The notes below the pieces were generated by a model. That model searched no databases. It was not told the DNA's origin and saw nothing but the letters and a program-made list of their open reading frames with translations. Made by a program: the position numbers and the translations under genes. From contig JAFGQZ010000014.1 of the NCBI GenBank assembly GCA_016935435.1, forward strand, positions 41,532 through 105,531: a DNA stretch of 64,000 nt, written 5' to 3'. This DNA is from Bacteroidales bacterium (GTDB lineage Bacteria; Bacteroidota; Bacteroidia; Bacteroidales; UBA10428). Positions 38,144 to 46,522 of the stretch are shown here, one piece after another; positions within the stretch are counted from its first letter, which is position 1, and each line of letters opens with the position of its first letter.

Positions 38144-39907
38144 ATGAACAAGCCCGCATCAATTTTTATGGTTACAACTGTAGCAACAGTTGTATTTATT
38201 ACTGTTTATTATTTTATTAAAGTTTTATTTTCGAAATCGACCACCAAATCGGAAGGAGGACAGAGCTGGACCCGTATTGGTTTGGTGCTGGCTATGGCCG
38301 GTAATGCTGTGGGCTTTGGCAATTTTTTGCGGTTTCCGGTACAGGCTGTTCAAAACGGAGGGGGCACCTTTATTATACCTTACCTGGTTTGTTTTTTGTT
38401 AATGGGCATCCCACTATTGCTTGTTGAATGGTCTATTGGCCGCTATGGAGGCCAGTTTGGCAACCATTCAACGCCGTTTATGTTAAATAGCCTTAGCCGG
38501 GGAAGAATGTGGAAATACATTGGCGTGTTTGGTATTTTCAGCAACATTGGCATTGCTTCGTATTATTGTTTTATAGAATCGTGGACCCTGGCTTATGTTT
38601 TTCATTCGGCCATCGGGTCGTTCAAGGGTTTAGGCCAGGGCGAAGTAGAAGCTGTGTTTAATAATTATATAAGTTTAAGCAAAGCAACATTAATTCCTTA
38701 CGAGGCAATAGTTTTTTATGTAATATGCCTTTTGATTAATGTTTATATTCTTTCGCATGGTATTAAAGGCATAGAGAAGGTTGCCAAAATTGGCATGCCT
38801 ATGCTTATTGTATTTGGGCTTATCCTGGCAATCCGCTCTGTTACACTAAAGGCAGGGCACCAGGGGGCTTTGTATAATGGCACTGAAGGCCTTAACTTTT
38901 TATGGAGCCCCGACTATTCATCAATATGGAACCCTAAGGTTTGGCTTGCCGCTGCAGGCCAGATTTTTTTCACCCTGTCGGTGGGCATGGGCTCCATACA
39001 GTGCTACTCATCGTTTATTAACAAGCGCGACGATATTGCCCTGAATTCAATGTCGGCCGGTTGGATGAACGAATTTGTTGAAGTTGTTGTAGGGGCAGCA
39101 GTTATAATTCCGCTTTCGGTTGGCTATTTTGGTATCGATAAAGTGAAAGAACTGGTTGGTTTAGGAGGCCTCTCGCTTGGCTTTAAGGTAATACCATTTT
39201 TATTTAACCAGTGGGGGCCTTTTTTGTCGGTTCTGGCCGGGGTAATGTGGTTTATGCTGCTGTTTTTTGCAGGTATTACCTCGTCGTTGGCAATGGGTAA
39301 ACCCTGTGTAAGTTTCATGGAAGACGAGTTTAAATGGGGCAGCAAAAAGGCATCGTGGGTTTTTGGCCTGGTTATTCTCATTCTCGGGATGCCTACCGTG
39401 TTGTTCTTTAATTATGGCGTATTCGATGAATACGATTACTGGACCGGCACTGTATCGCTGTTTGTTTTTGCTATGTTCGAAGTGATACTATTTAGTTGGG
39501 TGTTCGGCATGAAAAACGGATGGAAGGAAATTACCCGTGGCGCCGACATTAATATTTCGGTGGTTTTCAAATTCATACTATTATATATTACGCCGGTAAT
39601 ATTAATCGGCGTTTTCATGGCAGCCCTGATAACCCCTTACCAGAACGATTGGGGCTCGGCATTTGCTTCGCTGTTTAACGGCAACGGATGGCCGCTCGAC
39701 AACGGGTCGATTATTCGCCAGGTAAACAATGCCGAACTCAGGCAGCAAATTGCAGTGGCGATAGCACCAGAAGTACAATCGGCACTTAAAACAAAGCTTT
39801 ATTTGATTGTTGGGGCAAAAATTCTCCTGTTAACGCTTTTTACCGGTATTGCTGTATTGGTTTATATTGCCGGCAAAAAACGCGAACGCCTGGGAAGGGA
39901 ACAATAG
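38144..39907 (+). CDS. sodium-dependent transporter of the neurotransmitter:sodium symporter (SNF/NSS) family
   Basis: GNAVGFGNFLRFPVQAVQNGGGTFIIPYLVCFLLMGIPLLLVEWSIGR is the NSS TM1/TM2 signature. Polytopic. Confidence 0.85.
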   Translation: MNKPASIFMVTTVATVVFITVYYFIKVLFSKSTTKSEGGQSWTRIGLVLAMAGNAVGFGNFLRFPVQAVQNGGGTFIIPYLVCFLLMGIPLLLVEWSIGRYGGQFGNHSTPFMLNSLSRGRMWKYIGVFGIFSNIGIASYYCFIESWTLAYVFHSAIGSFKGLGQGEVEAVFNNYISLSKATLIPYEAIVFYVICLLINVYILSHGIKGIEKVAKIGMPMLIVFGLILAIRSVTLKAGHQGALYNGTEGLNFLWSPDYSSIWNPKVWLAAAGQIFFTLSVGMGSIQCYSSFINKRDDIALNSMSAGWMNEFVEVVVGAAVIIPLSVGYFGIDKVKELVGLGGLSLGFKVIPFLFNQWGPFLSVLAGVMWFMLLFFAGITSSLAMGKPCVSFMEDEFKWGSKKASWVFGLVILILGMPTVLFFNYGVFDEYDYWTGTVSLFVFAMFEVILFSWVFGMKNGWKEITRGADINISVVFKFILLYITPVILIGVFMAALITPYQNDWGSAFASLFNGNGWPLDNGSIIRQVNNAELRQQIAVAIAPEVQSALKTKLYLIVGAKILLLTLFTGIAVLVYIAGKKRERLGREQ

Positions 39908-40023
39908 AAATTGTTGTATTGTAAATGCGTTAAACGGAATCTGCCAAATAAACCCCTTATTTGTTCGCATTTTTGCGTAATAAGAAAAAATTTTTAGTTT
40001 ATGTGAACAAATTGCAGAAAGAC

Positions 40024-40066
40024 AAAAAAAAAATAAGCCGGCCCCGGAAAGGGCCGGCTTATTTTT
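40024..40066. terminator. bidirectional rho-independent terminator shared by the NSS gene (+) and hppA (-)
   Basis: Perfect 14-bp stem aaataagccggccc (40031-40044) / gggccggcttattt (40051-40064) with a 6-nt loop. Flanked by a 10-A run upstream and a T run downstream. Confidence 0.85.
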
Positions 40067-40080
40067 AGTATATCACAATA

Positions 40081-42408
40081 TTATCCAAAAATGCTGAAAG
40101 CTACGGTTAAACCGGCCATAACAACCGAAACCATAGTCATTAACTTAATAAGTATATTCAACGAAGGGCCAGAAGTATCTTTAAACGGATCGCCAACGGT
40201 GTCGCCTACAACCCCGGCTTTGTGGGCAGGGCTTCCTTTTCCGCCATAGTTACCTTTCTCGATATATTTTTTGGCATTGTCCCATGCACCACCGGCATTG
40301 TTGAGCATACAGGCGAGCGTAAACCCTGCAGTTAAGCCCCCGGCAAGCAGGCCAACTACCCCGGCAACACCCAGCACAATACCTACCAGAATTGGCACTG
40401 CAATGGCCAATATCGATGGCACCAGCATTTCGCGTTGGGCTCCTTTTGTAGAAATGGCCACACATTTTGCATATTCAGGTGTAGCAGTTCCTTCCATAAT
40501 TCCCGGTATATCACGGAACTGGCGGCGAACTTCATCAACCATAGCGCCAGCAGCGCGGCCTACGGCTTTCATGGTCATTGCACAGAAAACAAAGGCCATC
40601 ATGGCGCCAATAAACAAGCCACCAAGAAGCATTGGGTTAAAGAGCGATAAATCGTAAGCAGCCACAAAATCTTTGATACCGGCAGCGGAAAGCTGCACAA
40701 ATTCCACATCGGCAATACGTTCGGGGGTTAGGGCCATTTTTTGTTGAACGGCTTCAATTGTAGGTTGCGAGTCCCTGAAGAAAACAATATCACCTTTCAT
40801 AAGCCATCCATCGGTTTTCATCGACATTTTACCCAGCCAAAGGCGAATTTCTTCCATATATGCAGCAAGCAAGGCCATAGCTGTTAAAGCTGCAGAACCA
40901 ATTGCAAACCCTTTACCGGTTGCGGCAGTAGTGTTTCCTAACATATCGAGGGCATCTGTGCGCTGGCGAACTTCTTTTGGCAGGTGGCTCATTTCGGCAT
41001 TTCCCCCGGCATTGTCGGCAATTGGCCCAAATGCATCGGTAGCTAGTGTTATACCAAGGGTTGAGAGCATACCTACTGCGGCAAACCCAATTCCATAAAC
41101 ACCTTTGGCAAAATCGTGGAAGCCACCAGCAAAACCATAAGCAGCAATAATGCCGCCAACAATGGTAACTACGGGTATCCAGGTAGAGTACATCCCAACA
41201 GCGATACCGTCGATAATGGTAGTGGCTGGGCCTTGTTGGGCCTGGCCTGCTATGCCTTGTGTAGGCTTATATTCGTCGGAAGTGTAATATTCTGTTCCCT
41301 GGCCAATAATTACCCCGGCAATTAACCCGGCAACAACCGAACCAAAAATGCCCCAGGTAATAAAGCCGGTTGCTGCCATAATGGCTACAGCAACCAAAAT
41401 TAATATTGAACTTCCAAAAGTTCCGGTAAACAAAGCGCGCAAAAGGGTTCTTTGAGTTGCCGATTCTTTGGTGCGAACCATAAAAATACCCACAATTGAA
41501 AGTACAATGCCAATGGCGGCCACAAGCATAGGAGCTGTAATTGCCTGTACCTGGTTTACGCCAACAAGTGCAGCACCAAGTGCGGCCGTGGCAAGTATCG
41601 ATCCGGCGTACGATTCGTACAGGTCGGCGCCCATACCGGCAACGTCGCCAACATTATCGCCAACATTATCGGCTATGGTAGCAGGGTTGCGGGGGTCGTC
41701 TTCTGGTATACCGGCCTCAACTTTACCAACAAGGTCGGCGCCCACATCGGCAGCTTTTGTGTATATACCACCACCAACACGGGCAAACAGGGCCTGGGTT
41801 GAAGCACCCATACCAAAGGTAAGCATGGTAGCGGTTATTTCTATATATTTTTGATGATCGTCTATTCCTGCATGAACAAACCAAAGGCCAAACGCTTTAA
41901 GCCCGCTTTCCATGTGTTCGGGGGTAAAAATTACCCGGTCGAGCAGGAGGTACCAGGCCGAAATGTCCAAAAGGCCGAAGCCTACAACAACCAAACCCAT
42001 TACCGCGCCACTACGAAAGGCAATTTGCAACCCTTTGTTCAACGATTGCGAAGCCCCGTGTGCTGTACGGGCCGAAGCGCTTGTGGCTGTTTTCATCCCC
42101 AGGAAACCACAGAGCCCCGAAAAAATACCTCCAGTAAGGAAGGCAACCGGCACAAAAGGGTTTTGGATGCCCATGAAAGCCAGTACTGATAACAATAAAA
42201 CCAATACTATGAAAACTTTTCCGACAACTTTGTACTGACGGGCCAGATAGGCCATGGCACCTTCCCGCACGTATTGGGCAATTTCCTTCATACGGTCGGT
42301 ACCCTCGGAGTTTTTCATCATATTTTTATAAAAGAGAAAGGCAAATACTAAGGCTACCAGAGAGCCTAACATTGCCAGCAAAGGCACTAAAGCGTAAATC
42401 TTATCCAT
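40081..42408 (-). CDS. hppA: membrane-bound pyrophosphate-energised cation pump (K+-dependent type; gate-Glu position suggests Na+ transport)
   Basis: DNVGDNVGDVAGMGADLYESYAGS, GNTTAATGKGFAIGSAAL, DTVGDPFKDTSGPS. Ala in GNTTAA is the K+-dependent signature. Glu in DLYES, with Gly four residues later, matches the Na+-PPase pattern. Confidence 0.9.
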   Translation of the reverse strand: MDKIYALVPLLAMLGSLVALVFAFLFYKNMMKNSEGTDRMKEIAQYVREGAMAYLARQYKVVGKVFIVLVLLLSVLAFMGIQNPFVPVAFLTGGIFSGLCGFLGMKTATSASARTAHGASQSLNKGLQIAFRSGAVMGLVVVGFGLLDISAWYLLLDRVIFTPEHMESGLKAFGLWFVHAGIDDHQKYIEITATMLTFGMGASTQALFARVGGGIYTKAADVGADLVGKVEAGIPEDDPRNPATIADNVGDNVGDVAGMGADLYESYAGSILATAALGAALVGVNQVQAITAPMLVAAIGIVLSIVGIFMVRTKESATQRTLLRALFTGTFGSSILILVAVAIMAATGFITWGIFGSVVAGLIAGVIIGQGTEYYTSDEYKPTQGIAGQAQQGPATTIIDGIAVGMYSTWIPVVTIVGGIIAAYGFAGGFHDFAKGVYGIGFAAVGMLSTLGITLATDAFGPIADNAGGNAEMSHLPKEVRQRTDALDMLGNTTAATGKGFAIGSAALTAMALLAAYMEEIRLWLGKMSMKTDGWLMKGDIVFFRDSQPTIEAVQQKMALTPERIADVEFVQLSAAGIKDFVAAYDLSLFNPMLLGGLFIGAMMAFVFCAMTMKAVGRAAGAMVDEVRRQFRDIPGIMEGTATPEYAKCVAISTKGAQREMLVPSILAIAVPILVGIVLGVAGVVGLLAGGLTAGFTLACMLNNAGGAWDNAKKYIEKGNYGGKGSPAHKAGVVGDTVGDPFKDTSGPSLNILIKLMTMVSVVMAGLTVAFSIFG

Positions 42409-42469
42409 AATTAAAGAGTTTTGTTATTAATTAATACTTTAATTCTTCAATTTTTTTTTTGAATAGTAG

Positions 42470-42477
42470 CAAATATA
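42470..42477 (-). promoter_or_regulatory. candidate -7 box TATATTTG for hppA
   Basis: Plus strand caaatata, 62 nt upstream of the hppA ATG. Confidence 0.4.
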
Positions 42478-42808
42478 GTGAATTTGCTTATATAGCGCGT
42501 TTTGCCGGCTGTAACCTTTTTGCCTTACGGATTATTTTCACAGACATAAACTTGTATCTTAATAGTAAGAATCAGTTTTACAATAGTTTATAAAAAGTTG
42601 GATGTTGTTTTTTTTTTCGCTAATCCCAAACTATTGTTGGCTGGTTGTCGTATGAGTTGTTTTTTAATGTTCAGGATTGGAGTTTTACCCATATTGCTAT
42701 AGCAGTAAAAGGGTATAATTACCTGCCATTTTTGTAGCACTATACGACCAATTGCCTCCAAACCATTAAATGAGTGTCCGGTATTAGTGGTTTTTTAAAT
42801 GTTTATAA

Positions 42809-42816
42809 TAAATTTG
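42809..42816 (+). promoter_or_regulatory. candidate -7 box TAAATTTG for the DoxX / oxidoreductase pair
   Basis: Exact TAnnTTTG match, 30 nt upstream of the GTG at 42846. Confidence 0.4.
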
Positions 42817-42845
42817 AAAGCATTTTTTATTTAAATTAAAGAAGA

Positions 42846-43319
42846 GTGAAAAACAATAACTTTACAAATCTGCAGCTTTTTTCTTTGGTGGCCCTGCGTT
42901 GGCTGATTGCATGGCATTTTTTATACGAAGGGCTGATAAAAATCGGGAACCCGGCATGGACTGCCCGCAATTACCTTGCATCGGCTGAATGGCTTTTTAG
43001 TGGTTTTTTCCGATCCGTGGCACTTAACGATACGCTTATGCAGGTGGTCGATTTTATGAACATCTGGGGGCTTGTACTTATAGGTGTTGGGCTTTTCTTA
43101 GGGTTCATGTCAAAATATGCCTCGTATGCCGGTATTTTGTTATTGCTGCTTTATTATATAGCACATCCGCCCTTGTTCGGAAACGATTTGGTACCTCTCG
43201 AAGGAAGCTATATTATTGTCAATAAAAATCTTATAGAAGCTGCAGCCCTGGCTGTTGTGGCTCTGTTCCCGACCAGCCATATTATCGGGCTGGAACGATT
43301 AATTAGAAAAATTAAGTAA
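42846..43319 (+). CDS. DoxX family membrane protein
   Basis: Four TM segments. N-terminal LFSLVALRWLIAWHFLYEGLIKI is typical of DoxX. Confidence 0.65.
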   Translation: MKNNNFTNLQLFSLVALRWLIAWHFLYEGLIKIGNPAWTARNYLASAEWLFSGFFRSVALNDTLMQVVDFMNIWGLVLIGVGLFLGFMSKYASYAGILLLLLYYIAHPPLFGNDLVPLEGSYIIVNKNLIEAAALAVVALFPTSHIIGLERLIRKIK

Positions 43320-43338
43320 CTTAAATAATAATCTGTAT

Positions 43339-44943
43339 ATGTCAGTTAACAGAAGGGATGTTCTCAAAGGGCTGGCCTCGTTGCCTTTTATGGGAATGTT
43401 GGGATGGGCTTATTATAAAAAGCACTCGATAGATAATGAAGTAAAAAACCGAATTCTCGAAGAACTAAAAATAAAAGCAAAAGCCCCGTCTGCCACCGGA
43501 TCTATGTCGGGGGGCATTTTACGGCTTGGCATTATCGGCCCGGGCGGCAGGGGCCGCGATCTGATGAGGGCTGCTGGATATGCCGAACCACAATGGATTG
43601 AAGAAGCCAAAAAAGGGCTTGAAGCAAATAATAACGACAAGAGGCTTGAAACTTTCCTTGGCCAGGAAAATCTGAACATACGATTTACTGCCGTATGCGA
43701 TGTTTTTGATATACATGCCGACAGGGCTATGGCAGCAGCAAAAACCGACGACAATACCCCCAAAAGGTATCGTCGCTACCAGGATTTGCTAAACGACCCT
43801 AATGTAGATGCCGTAATTATAGCAACCCCCGATCATTGGCATGCCCCGATTGCTATTGATGCCATAAAGGCCGGCAAGCATGTTTATGTCGAAAAATGTA
43901 TGACCCATAAAGTAAAAGAGACTTTCCTTCTCAGGGACACAGCCTTGCAATATCCAGGCATTAAATTCCAGGTAGGCCACCAGCACCGTCAAACCCTTAG
44001 TTTTTTAACTGCCATTGATATTGTAGAGAAAAACATCTTGGGACATATATCACTTATCGAAGCCAGCACCAACCGAAACGATGATGTGGGTGCCTGGCAA
44101 TACGACATTCACCCCGAAGCAACTCCACAAACTGTCGATTGGCAGCAATTTCTTGGCGATGCAAAGAATATCCCCTTCAATGCCGAACACCTTTTCCGTT
44201 GGAGAAAATGGTGGGCCTACGGCACCGGATTATCGGGCGATTTGCTTACCCACGACTTCGACCGTATAAATTGTATTTTAAATATGGGCATACCACAGTC
44301 GGTTTTTGCTTCTGGCGGAATATACACCCACAACGATGGCCGCGAAGTGCCCGATGTAATGCAGGTTGCTATGGAATATCCGGAATTTGAAACCGGATCG
44401 AGCCAGGAAAAAGGCAAAGAAAAAGGCATGACTTTCCTTTATAGTGCTACTCTTGGCAACCAGTTCTGGAGGCCTACCAAGCTTATGGGACACGATGCAA
44501 CCCTCGAACTTGGCAATACCCTTACGGTTTTCCCCGACCCGAATTCTACCCGCTATAAAGAATTAATTCAGGCAGGCACAATATCGCCCGACACTCCAAT
44601 GTATTCATACGACCCCAGTGTTAAGGGAGTCGATGGGGTGACTTCGGCCACTGCAAAATATTTTGCCCAAAAGGGCTTGCTTTATACTTATCGCGACGGG
44701 AAAGCAGTTGACAGCACACATTTGCATATCCGTGAGTGGGTTAGTGCAATACGTAACAATACCAAGCTCAGTTGTGGAATAAATGAGGGTTTCGAAGAAG
44801 CTGTTTCGGCACACATGGCTACCCTTTCATTAAAAACCGGCAGAAAAGTAATATGGGACAAAAATGCAGGCAAAATTGCGATACCGGGAATGGATAATGC
44901 CGATTTGGACGAGATTATTGTTCAAAGCGGCCAGCCTATATAA
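43339..44943 (+). CDS. Tat-exported Gfo/Idh/MocA family oxidoreductase
   Basis: Twin-arginine signal MSVNRRDVLKGLASLPFMG, Rossmann motif LRLGIIGPGGRGRDLM, DAVIIATPDHWH and VYVEK motifs. Confidence 0.8.
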   Translation: MSVNRRDVLKGLASLPFMGMLGWAYYKKHSIDNEVKNRILEELKIKAKAPSATGSMSGGILRLGIIGPGGRGRDLMRAAGYAEPQWIEEAKKGLEANNNDKRLETFLGQENLNIRFTAVCDVFDIHADRAMAAAKTDDNTPKRYRRYQDLLNDPNVDAVIIATPDHWHAPIAIDAIKAGKHVYVEKCMTHKVKETFLLRDTALQYPGIKFQVGHQHRQTLSFLTAIDIVEKNILGHISLIEASTNRNDDVGAWQYDIHPEATPQTVDWQQFLGDAKNIPFNAEHLFRWRKWWAYGTGLSGDLLTHDFDRINCILNMGIPQSVFASGGIYTHNDGREVPDVMQVAMEYPEFETGSSQEKGKEKGMTFLYSATLGNQFWRPTKLMGHDATLELGNTLTVFPDPNSTRYKELIQAGTISPDTPMYSYDPSVKGVDGVTSATAKYFAQKGLLYTYRDGKAVDSTHLHIREWVSAIRNNTKLSCGINEGFEEAVSAHMATLSLKTGRKVIWDKNAGKIAIPGMDNADLDEIIVQSGQPI

Positions 44944-46015
44944 AAAACACAAAAATGTTGGCTACAATCAATAATATAAGCAGTAACTGGTTGAAAATAC
45001 TATAGCGGCAGGTTGAAAAATAAAAACTGAACAGAAAGCTTAGAGGGAATATAATAAAGAATATGAAATCGGTTTCGATTCCCCTATAAAAGAAGGCAAT
45101 CAGCAAAGCGTTTATAAAAAGGGCCATGAATGCCAATGAATACTTTCGGTTAACAATTTTCATCTTCATATATTGTTGTAAAATGTGAACCGATGTTAGG
45201 AGAATAATAGCCCCGGAGAAAATACCTGGTATTAGTGCGTGTTTGTATGCATTCGATTGTAAAACTAAACCAGGGTAATAAAAGAACTGCTTAAAGAAAC
45301 CGTTAAACTTTATATCTGACAGGTAAAAAGCCGAAAACAGGAAAAAATAGGGCAATATTGCCCCGATAATAATATAAACAAGTTCACGCCATCGTGCTAT
45401 ACCCCTGTAATGCAACCAGGCAAAAAACAAAAAAACATTAAAAAAAATAACATAGAAACTAAAAAAACTAGCCACCGACAGTACAAGTGCCATGTCAAAA
45501 AACCTTCTTGATGTGGCTTTGATATCGATAGCCTGGAACAGCAAATCAAAGGTTATTAAAAAGAAAAACAACGATACCAGTACGGGTGAAATTCCGGAAT
45601 AAAATGCAAAATAAGGAGAAGAAAGGAGAATAAACATAAACTGGTGCAGCGATGAACGCTGCGGAATAGCTTGGTATCTGATAATTATTTTAGAAATGTA
45701 TATGCTGTTTATCAATAGGAGCATTACATTAAAAAGCGATGCCAGCGCCTGAAAATTATCGGCCTGACCTATTTCCGGAAACATATAAAAAATGGCCGAA
45801 CGATAAAACATCCTGTCCCCCGGGTTATAGTTACTGTAATATGCTGGTATAAACCAGTAAAAAAACAAAAGAATAGCACTGAACAGGGCCGCTAATATTT
45901 TATTGTCTCGTAATAGTCTGACAAGCATCAGGTGATTGTATAATATATAAAGTGGTTGCAGCACATAGCTTCTGTGTTCATTAACATTCTCTGTGAATCT
46001 CTGTGGTTTGAACAT
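44936..46015 (-). CDS. hypothetical polytopic membrane protein (Phe/Ile-rich)
   Basis: About 9-10 predicted TM segments and AT-rich coding. The true start may be the ATG at 45928 (MLVRLLRDNKIL..), because the first 29 codons overlap a repeat cluster. The 3' end overlaps the convergent oxidoreductase gene by 8 nt. Confidence 0.5.
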   Translation of the reverse strand: MFKPQRFTENVNEHRSYVLQPLYILYNHLMLVRLLRDNKILAALFSAILLFFYWFIPAYYSNYNPGDRMFYRSAIFYMFPEIGQADNFQALASLFNVMLLLINSIYISKIIIRYQAIPQRSSLHQFMFILLSSPYFAFYSGISPVLVSLFFFLITFDLLFQAIDIKATSRRFFDMALVLSVASFFSFYVIFFNVFLFFAWLHYRGIARWRELVYIIIGAILPYFFLFSAFYLSDIKFNGFFKQFFYYPGLVLQSNAYKHALIPGIFSGAIILLTSVHILQQYMKMKIVNRKYSLAFMALFINALLIAFFYRGIETDFIFFIIFPLSFLFSFYFSTCRYSIFNQLLLILLIVANIFVFFI

Positions 46016-46058
46016 TTACTTACAGAAGCCACAGAGATTTCCACAAAGGCCACAGAGA
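45988..46058. repeat. cluster of CACAGAGA / TCTCTGTG octamers in inverted arrangement
   Basis: tctctgtg at 45988-45995 and 45998-46005; cacagaga at 46030-46037 and 46051-46058. An 11-bp perfect inverted repeat aatctctgtgg (45996-46006) / ccacagagatt (46029-46039). Confidence 0.6.
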
Positions 46059-46111
46059 TATAATTTGATAAGCTACGCACATCTATTGTGCAGCAACAGT
46101 TTTTTTTTTGA

Positions 46112-46429
46112 TTAAAGTAATGCTTCAAGTTTGTTGACAAAGGTGCTTTTTGGGCTTGCCCCAACTTGTTTGTCCTTTACTTCACCGTTTTTGAAATAAA
46201 GAACTGTTGGTATGTTACGGATACCAAACTTTGCGGCAACACCCGGGTTCGAATCCACGTCAACTTTTCCAACTACAGCCCTGTCGCTGTATTCTTCGCT
46301 GATTTCGTTAATAATTGGCCCAACCATTCTACACGGGCCGCACCATTCTGCCCAAAAATCGACAATTACCGGCTTGTCGGAATGAAGGACAAGCTGTTCA
46401 AAATTCGCATCAGTTATTTCTAAAGCCAT
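46112..46429 (-). CDS. trxA: thioredoxin
   Basis: WAEWCGPCR active site. 105 aa. Confidence 0.95.
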   Translation of the reverse strand: MALEITDANFEQLVLHSDKPVIVDFWAEWCGPCRMVGPIINEISEEYSDRAVVGKVDVDSNPGVAAKFGIRNIPTVLYFKNGEVKDKQVGASPKSTFVNKLEALL

Positions 46430-46453
46430 TTTCTGTATATTTAATTATTACTA

Positions 46454-46461
46454 CAAATTTA
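46454..46461 (-). promoter_or_regulatory. candidate -7 box TAAATTTG for trxA
   Basis: Plus strand caaattta, 25 nt upstream of the trxA ATG. Confidence 0.45.
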
Positions 46462-46522
46462 ACTATTCACAAATTAACCTAAAACAATTCATTTTGGTTC
46501 AATAAAACAAAAAAAACGAAAG

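Noticed and set aside
40250-42238. Several long ORFs (69-128 aa) on the + strand and in alternative - frames inside hppA
   Set aside because: They lie entirely within a gene whose protein matches the H+/Na+-PPase family end to end. They are Ala/Pro/Ser/Arg-rich shadow ORFs typical of a relatively GC-rich, codon-biased gene.
46245-46256. T-loop-like GGGTTCGAATCC string suggesting a tRNA or tmRNA
   Set aside because: The flanks (acccg / acgtc) cannot form a T stem or an acceptor stem. The string is inside the well-supported trxA coding sequence.
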